Part shown: positions 56,886-64,000 of the stretch, piece after piece | How positions within the stretch are numbered: position 1 is the stretch's first letter | Layout: each line of letters starts with the position of its first letter | Source of the DNA: Candidatus Multivoradales bacterium | GTDB taxonomy: Bacteria > Acidobacteriota > Thermoanaerobaculia > Multivoradales > JAHEKO01 | DNA length: 64,000 nt | Direction: 5' to 3' | NCBI GenBank assembly: GCA_965248055.1 | Contig: CBDFIJ010000004.1 | Coordinates: 2,432,001 to 2,496,000 of the forward strand | Program-made: the position numbers and the translations under genes | Notes under the pieces: generated by a model | Databases searched by the model: none | The model's input: only the letters and a program-made list of their open reading frames with translations | What the model was told of the DNA's origin: nothing

Positions 56886-58850
56886 ATGCGGACTTTGGCG
56901 GCGCTGGCTATTGGTGTCGCTACGGTGGTGGTGGCGTGCTCCGCACCTCAGGTGGTCGAGCCAACGGATCGTTCTGATGCAGTTGCGGCTAGCGGTGTTC
57001 GTCGAGCAGAGCAACTAGGGGTTCCTGGCAGACAAACAATTCCTCTGGGTGACGCGGTGTTGCGCGGAGTTGAAGTTGCATCGTTCGTCGAAGATGTAGG
57101 CGTCGAGTCCGTAGTCCCCCCCAACAACCTGCCCACCCAGGCGATGAGTGCCGAACTCCCACGTATGGCGAAGCCCCGCCCTCGAGGAGTTGGTTATCCG
57201 GTTCCTGAGGGCACAGTGGTTGAGCGGGCAGAGTCGACGGTAGAAGGTCGAGTCGCTGGACGGAGGACTCGATCCGGGTCGATCGGCAGCGGAGATGCCA
57301 TGCCGTCACCGTCCGGCAATCTTTCGATCGCTGGAGGACAGGCACCTTCACCACAAGCAGGCAATGGCCTGCCGATCTTCGTCAGCGAATTTCCGGTTAC
57401 TGATTTCGATTCCAATGCCAATACTACTGGCTTCTTCTCGATTCCTCCGGATTCGCACATCGCTGCGGGCTCTAACCACGTGGTGACTGTGGTCAATACT
57501 TCCTTACAGGTATTCGACAAACAAGGCGGTCGACAGCGGGATCAATCGCTACGCAATTTTTTTGCGCCGCTCGGTCCGCTGACCGGAACTTTTGATCCGA
57601 GAGTTCTGTTCGACACTCAGTCTGGTCGGTGGATCGTAGTCACTCTGGAGCAGACTGATCGCGCCTTTGGCAATGCTGCAGATACTTCGCGCATTTTTGT
57701 CGCGGCTTCGGACGATGCTGATCCAGCAGGTCAGTGGTTCATGACGGCGATTGATGCACGGACGTTTATTGCCGGCAGTGATCGCTGGGCTGATTATCCG
57801 TCTTTGGGGGTTGATGAAGAAGCGATTTACATCGCCACCAACATGTTTGAGTTCTTCAGCAACCCCGGATCCTTTGGTGGGGTCCGGCTATGGATTATTC
57901 CCAAGGCGGCACTCTACGCAGGACAAGCGGTGAACGTGCGTCGAGTCGACCCTTACGCGGCTGATGGTTTCGCCCTCACCACGCAGCCCGCACAGTTCTA
58001 TGGCGATTCTTCTGGGGTTGGCGGTGTGTTGCTCGGCTACTCGGGACTCAATGATGGAACGAGTTCATTTGCCCAGGTGATGCGGGTGAACAATCCTCTC
58101 GGGGCTATCCAAATTGTTGGACCCCAGTTCGTCAACTTGGGGTCTATCGATGATTTGTGCTGTGCCATACCCAACGCTCAGCAGCAAGGTTCCTCGGAAC
58201 TTATTGCGACCAACGACCGGCGCATGCTCAACGCGACTTGGATCGGCGGCAAGCTCTATGGAGCTTTTACAGTACGCGCTGGCGGCCAAGCGACCGCACA
58301 CTGGGTAGAGCTGACGTCCGGGGCTTCGGCGACCCCGACGGTGAGTCGGCAAGCAGACATCCCCGGTGACGAACTGGGTGCTGGCACTCATACGTTCTTT
58401 CCTGCTGTGGCGGCAAACGAACGCGGTGATGTAGTGGTTGGCTACTCGGCCTCGGGCCCATCAATCTCTGCGGGCGCCTACTATTCGATTTACGCCGCTG
58501 GCGATGAACTGAATGACGTGCGGCCGCCTCAGGTTCTGAGAGCTGGGCTAGGTGCGTACGTTCGAAAGTTTGGAACCGACAACCGATGGGGTGATTACAG
58601 TGGTGCCGTAGTCGATCCAGTCGACGGTTGTTTTTGGATTTTCAATCAGTTTGCGTCGACGCCTGGCACCCCGGTACAGAATTCCGGATTGGGACGCTGG
58701 GCGACTGCGGCCGGTAAGGTGTGTTTGGCCTTTGGCTTTGCCCAGGCTCCCGATACCGGTGCACCTGAGAATGGTATTCCCAGCAGTGTTCTCGGCGACG
58801 GGTCTCCGAGAGGTGGTGCTCCTGAACGTGGGGCATCAGACACTCGATAG
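56886..58850 (+). CDS. putative lipoprotein, beta-rich domain of unknown function
   Basis: MRTLAALAIGVATVVVAC lipobox; PPD..AAG..VVN, FDPRV.FD, DYP.LG and RWGDYS motifs; start could be upstream (56841/56847). Confidence 0.8.
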   Translation: MRTLAALAIGVATVVVACSAPQVVEPTDRSDAVAASGVRRAEQLGVPGRQTIPLGDAVLRGVEVASFVEDVGVESVVPPNNLPTQAMSAELPRMAKPRPRGVGYPVPEGTVVERAESTVEGRVAGRRTRSGSIGSGDAMPSPSGNLSIAGGQAPSPQAGNGLPIFVSEFPVTDFDSNANTTGFFSIPPDSHIAAGSNHVVTVVNTSLQVFDKQGGRQRDQSLRNFFAPLGPLTGTFDPRVLFDTQSGRWIVVTLEQTDRAFGNAADTSRIFVAASDDADPAGQWFMTAIDARTFIAGSDRWADYPSLGVDEEAIYIATNMFEFFSNPGSFGGVRLWIIPKAALYAGQAVNVRRVDPYAADGFALTTQPAQFYGDSSGVGGVLLGYSGLNDGTSSFAQVMRVNNPLGAIQIVGPQFVNLGSIDDLCCAIPNAQQQGSSELIATNDRRMLNATWIGGKLYGAFTVRAGGQATAHWVELTSGASATPTVSRQADIPGDELGAGTHTFFPAVAANERGDVVVGYSASGPSISAGAYYSIYAAGDELNDVRPPQVLRAGLGAYVRKFGTDNRWGDYSGAVVDPVDGCFWIFNQFASTPGTPVQNSGLGRWATAAGKVCLAFGFAQAPDTGAPENGIPSSVLGDGSPRGGAPERGASDTR

Positions 58851-58881
58851 CTAATTAGATTTCTGGCAGGGTAAGGATTAG

Positions 58882-60213
<1,332 letters not shown>

Positions 60214-60226
60214 GAAGTCACTTACA

Positions 60227-60577
60227 GTGCCAGCACGCATTCTCAGTGGACGGTTCCTAATCGCGACAGGCTTGTTTGCGATTCTGCTGTTGTTGGTGAT
60301 TTCAGGAATTCAGAGCTATCAAGATTTGGCTGCGGCTGAACATCGGTGGGCCGAACTGCAAGGTCGCATCGAACGGGTGCAGACCACGATTCATCACCTG
60401 GAACGAGATGTCAGCTCGCTGCAGAATAATCAACAGACGGTCGAGCGGGTCGCTCGCCAAGAGTTGGGGCTCGTGCGCGAGGGTGAAATCGTCTTGATGG
60501 TTCCAGAGCCGCCGCATAACGCACCCACCGAGCAGGGCCAACCTGATGCCGAATCTGGTAATTCAACTGAAAGCTAG
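60227..60577 (+). CDS. ftsB: septum formation initiator FtsB/DivIC
   Basis: TM segment, coiled coil, ERVARQELGLVREGE; eno-ftsB synteny. Confidence 0.88.
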   Translation: MPARILSGRFLIATGLFAILLLLVISGIQSYQDLAAAEHRWAELQGRIERVQTTIHHLERDVSSLQNNQQTVERVARQELGLVREGEIVLMVPEPPHNAPTEQGQPDAESGNSTES

Positions 60578-60590
60578 CCGGACTACTTAA

Positions 60591-61991
60591 CTAACTCGCC
60601 TCGGCTTTGGCCGCTTTAATGCGGTCGCCACGAGACAGGGTAATTTTCAGAGCTGGTGGAGTCGCCAGGGTGGTCAAGATCACCATGATGACGACCGCAG
60701 AGTAGATCGAAGACGAGATCACCGGGTGTCCGTTGAGGGTCAATGCGGCGCCGATTCCAGCAAAGATCAACCCGACCTCACCTCTGGGGACCATCCCAAC
60801 CGCCACTGAGATTCGGTCCAACCCTCGTTCAACCACGCCCAAGCCACAGACCATCTTGCCGATGATGGCTGCAACGGTCAGCGCTAGTGCAAACCCAAGG
60901 ACCCCTTGCTGTGAGAACGTTGAAAGGTCAACGCCAATGCCCATCAAGACAAAGAAAACCGGCACCAGCAAAATCGTCAGCGGATGCACCAGTTCTTCCA
61001 AGTTGTGTTCGCCGCGGTCGGTGAAGTCGCGATAGTGAACGTCGTCCAAGATCAAGCCGGCGGCGAAAGCGCCGACGATCGGTGCCAGTTCGATGAGCGC
61101 TGCCAGATAGGAAAGGCCAAAGCAAAAGATCAGGGCCATGGTTAACAACATTCCCTTGATGCGCATCTTGCTGGCAATTCGGAACAGGTGCGGAGATAAC
61201 CAACCCCCTAGGAGGATGGAGCCAAAGAGGAAAATGGACGCCTTGGCGACGATGATGACGATACTGCTCGCCTCCAAGGTGCCACCGGCATTGGCGGCGG
61301 TTATCACTCCTGAGACCACAGCCAAGATGACCAATCCCAACACATCGTCGATAACCGCAGCGCCCAGAATGATTTTAGATTCTCGGGCCTGGGTCTTTCC
61401 TAGATCGGAGAGAACGCGAGCGGTAATACCGACGCTGGTGGCGCTCAAAGTGGCGCCGATGAACAAGTGGACCAAGGTGTCCTCGTTGGGCAGAAACCAA
61501 GAGGAAACCCCCCAGCCGAGGAAAAAGGGCGCCACGACGCCAAGAATCGCCACCAAAAAGCTCGAAGTGCCGACCGACAGCATCTCTCGAATATTCGATT
61601 CCAGCCCGACTTCAAACAGCAGCAAGATGACTCCCAACTCTGCCAGCATCGCCACCACCTGGTTGGTGCCGATGAAAGCAAGGCCACCGAATCCCATTAG
61701 GGTGAGATTGCCTATGACCACGCCAGCGAGCAACTCACCGAGTACCGCTGGTTGGCCGAGTCGCTCCGCAGTCTCCCCGCCGATCTTTGCCGCGGCAAGA
61801 ATCAACACCAGAGCCAGGAGAACAGGTCCGGCGGGGCTATGGTGTCCCGACTCCTGATCGGACCCAGTCGCCTGGTGCTCAACCACCCCGTCCGGACTGG
61901 CTGCTATTGAGCTGGCGATCATGGGCCCAGAAATCCAAGCTATCGACAGCAGTGCGATTAGTAACAAAAAGCGAGATGACGAGCGTCTCAT
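60591..61991 (-). CDS. cation:proton antiporter (CPA2, NapA/KefB-like)
   Basis: QPAVLGEL, LLFEVGLE, ATSVGIT, AAVIDD, PRGEVGL; likely ATG at 61991. Confidence 0.92.
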   Translation of the reverse strand: MRRSSSRFLLLIALLSIAWISGPMIASSIAASPDGVVEHQATGSDQESGHHSPAGPVLLALVLILAAAKIGGETAERLGQPAVLGELLAGVVIGNLTLMGFGGLAFIGTNQVVAMLAELGVILLLFEVGLESNIREMLSVGTSSFLVAILGVVAPFFLGWGVSSWFLPNEDTLVHLFIGATLSATSVGITARVLSDLGKTQARESKIILGAAVIDDVLGLVILAVVSGVITAANAGGTLEASSIVIIVAKASIFLFGSILLGGWLSPHLFRIASKMRIKGMLLTMALIFCFGLSYLAALIELAPIVGAFAAGLILDDVHYRDFTDRGEHNLEELVHPLTILLVPVFFVLMGIGVDLSTFSQQGVLGFALALTVAAIIGKMVCGLGVVERGLDRISVAVGMVPRGEVGLIFAGIGAALTLNGHPVISSSIYSAVVIMVILTTLATPPALKITLSRGDRIKAAKAEAS

Positions 61992-62060
61992 GCGGTTATC
62001 CTTTCCCAACGCCACAAGGCTCGCTAGTCTAACCCGTCTACTTTTTCCCGCCACCCAAAG

Positions 62061-64000
62061 ATGAATTTCGACCCCCACAACCCTTTCATCGACGCTGCGA
62101 GCCGTCTGCATTCCTCGCTGTCTTTTGTAGCCTTGGCGGCATCTGACGAAGCCCATCCCCAGCAAGTCACTAGGCTTACGCCCGCGGCGTGTGGCTGGGT
62201 GATCGCGCAACTTGCTGCGATGCGGGAACGGCCGATGATGCTGGTGATGCCCCATGAATCGGAGGCCCTCGTGGCAATCGAAGGAGCTCGGCTGGGCATC
62301 CAAGTGGGAACGATTGCAGAGACGCACCCGGAGCTGATCCATTTCGCTGCCCCGGCACTCACTCCCTATCAAGAGACCGATCCGGCGCTGAGAGTCCTGG
62401 CCGGCCATGCCAGAGCGCTGGCTGCGATTGCCGATCAACGGTCCGCTTTGATTGTCGTCGACTCGCCGGCACTGCTGCGTCCGCTTTCGACCCCGGAACA
62501 CTGGCGATCGCGGTGCCAGGAAATATGTCCCGGGAGCGAAATTGAGCGCGGGCAACTCTTGGACCTGTTGATGGGTGGTGGTTACGAACGAATCGAGTCA
62601 GTGGCACAGGTCGGTGAGTTTTCGGTTCGAGGTGCACTGGTGGACATCTATTCGCCAGCTGCCGCATTGCCGGTACGGGTCGAGTTCTGGGGTGACGAAG
62701 TGGTGGGACTGCGAGAGTTTGATCCTCGCGACCAGCGGACGCGGTCAACGGTTTCCAAGTTGGTGGTTCTGCCGATGTTGCCATTCGCCGCTGGCAAAGA
62801 GGCGATGCGCCAACTGACCCAATTGCTGAGTCAGCGCAAGTCACCGCTGGGCGAAGAAGAAGCCGACCGCCGGCTGAGAACTCTGGCTGGAGGCGGACTA
62901 CCCTCGGGATGGACGGAGTGGTTGGCGATGGCGAGTGGCCATCGATCGACGCTGCTGGAATGGATTGACCCCCAGGACACGATCCTGTGGGATCCGAGCA
63001 CCATCGAGCAGGTACTGGCCAGTGAATGGCAGGCGATAGAAACCGACGCTTCCACTAGGAATCACAAGATCGGATTCAACCTTCCTGCGCACGAAGTCGC
63101 CGTGGACCCCGACCACTTGGGACCTAATCTGGCACGGGCCGCGGTGAAGATTTCGGTTTGGCTAGAAGACGAGATCGCCAGCGGCAAGATCGACTTTGGT
63201 GCGATTGAAACAGAATTATTGCAACACACACCGGATCGTCTGTCGAGCGTTCTCGATCAAGCGGAGCGCAACCACCTGTCGGTCTACCTACTCCACGCGG
63301 ATGAGGGCAAGACCGCGCGGCGATTTTTGGACGAACGGGGATTCTCTAATCGGGTGGTCCCTGTTCGCAGCCAATTGGAGAATGGCTTTGTTTTGCCGGA
63401 CGCCGGGATCGTCGCGTTCGCCGAGCGTCAGCTCTATCCACCGGTTCGAGCTGGATCCGGTCGATCCGGCGCCAGTCAGACGCGTTCGCTACGCAGCCAA
63501 CGAGCCACTTTTCTCGGAGGTTTGAAGGATCTCAAGGTGGGAGATTTTGTTGTTCACGATGAGCACGGAATCGGACGCTACGCGGGTCTGCGCGATCTAA
63601 GTGGTGAATCAGGTCAGAATCCAGGGCTTCCGGCATGGGCCAAGGAGGCCAGCGACGCCGGCAGGGCGGAGTCGATGGAGGTTTTGGAAATCTCCTACCG
63701 CGACGGCCGTACGCTGCTGCTGCCGTTGGATCGAGCCGGTTCTCTAACCCGGTTTACTGGCGTTGAGGGCATGGAACCTCGCCTCGACAAACTCGGTGGC
63801 AGCTCGTGGCAACTGCGGCGTGATCGGGTTCGATCCGGGGTCAAGAAGCTGGCGATTGACCTCCTCGATCTGTACGCTCAGCGTAGCGCCGCCCAGGCGA
63901 CCGCGATGCCCGGGGATGGCCCGCTTCTTAGACAGTTCGAGGAGTCTTTTCCCTACGATGAAACGCCCGATCAGTTGCGCGCGATCAACGAAATTCGAGC
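62061..64000 (+). CDS. mfd: transcription-repair coupling factor (partial, runs off window end)
   Basis: Frame from ATG 62061 contains GEFSVRGALVDIY, LKVGDFVVHDEHGIGRY, LDKLGGSSW, FPYDETPDQLRAI. Absent from the ORF track because it has no stop in the window. Confidence 0.95.
   Translation, partial: MNFDPHNPFIDAASRLHSSLSFVALAASDEAHPQQVTRLTPAACGWVIAQLAAMRERPMMLVMPHESEALVAIEGARLGIQVGTIAETHPELIHFAAPALTPYQETDPALRVLAGHARALAAIADQRSALIVVDSPALLRPLSTPEHWRSRCQEICPGSEIERGQLLDLLMGGGYERIESVAQVGEFSVRGALVDIYSPAAALPVRVEFWGDEVVGLREFDPRDQRTRSTVSKLVVLPMLPFAAGKEAMRQLTQLLSQRKSPLGEEEADRRLRTLAGGGLPSGWTEWLAMASGHRSTLLEWIDPQDTILWDPSTIEQVLASEWQAIETDASTRNHKIGFNLPAHEVAVDPDHLGPNLARAAVKISVWLEDEIASGKIDFGAIETELLQHTPDRLSSVLDQAERNHLSVYLLHADEGKTARRFLDERGFSNRVVPVRSQLENGFVLPDAGIVAFAERQLYPPVRAGSGRSGASQTRSLRSQRATFLGGLKDLKVGDFVVHDEHGIGRYAGLRDLSGESGQNPGLPAWAKEASDAGRAESMEVLEISYRDGRTLLLPLDRAGSLTRFTGVEGMEPRLDKLGGSSWQLRRDRVRSGVKKLAIDLLDLYAQRSAAQATAMPGDGPLLRQFEESFPYDETPDQLRAINEIR

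Noticed and set aside
61992-62555. 188-aa N-terminal extension of the antiporter ORF
   Set aside because: Overlaps mfd on the opposite strand; a signal-like N-terminus begins at ATG 61991.

Overview
Gene-dense, mostly housekeeping chromosomal segment of a diderm (lpxK, waaA) bacterium of moderate-high GC. The gene repertoire (Oar-type TonB receptor, GspG-type pilins, DUF4388, MXAN_5187-like domain) suggests Acidobacteriota; this is inference only. Core genes: tatA, rlmN, pgeF, ftsE/ftsX, ruvC, yebC, accD, folC, glyA, acyl-CoA carboxylase subunits, tldD/pmbA, selA, lpxK, waaA, dut, nth, yqgE, initiator tRNA-Met, eno, ftsB, a Na+/H+ antiporter and a partial mfd. Envelope machines: (i) an ExbB-ExbD-ExbD-TonB-DUF4388-TPR operon followed by an 82-aa internally deleted paralog of the TPR gene; (ii) a stand-alone six-cysteine GspG-type pilin with a sigma54/IHF/enhancer-type promoter, flanked by two paralogous exported M20 peptidases and pilD; (iii) a T2SS/type IV pilus hybrid operon with a lipoprotein TPR-secretin-cohesin-like protein. 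Also present: a 140-bp MITE with CTAG target duplication, a histone-H1-like repeat protein and two pseudogenes. No CRISPR array, rRNA, prophage or intact transposase was seen. All calls come from motif reading by eye; no database search was run.
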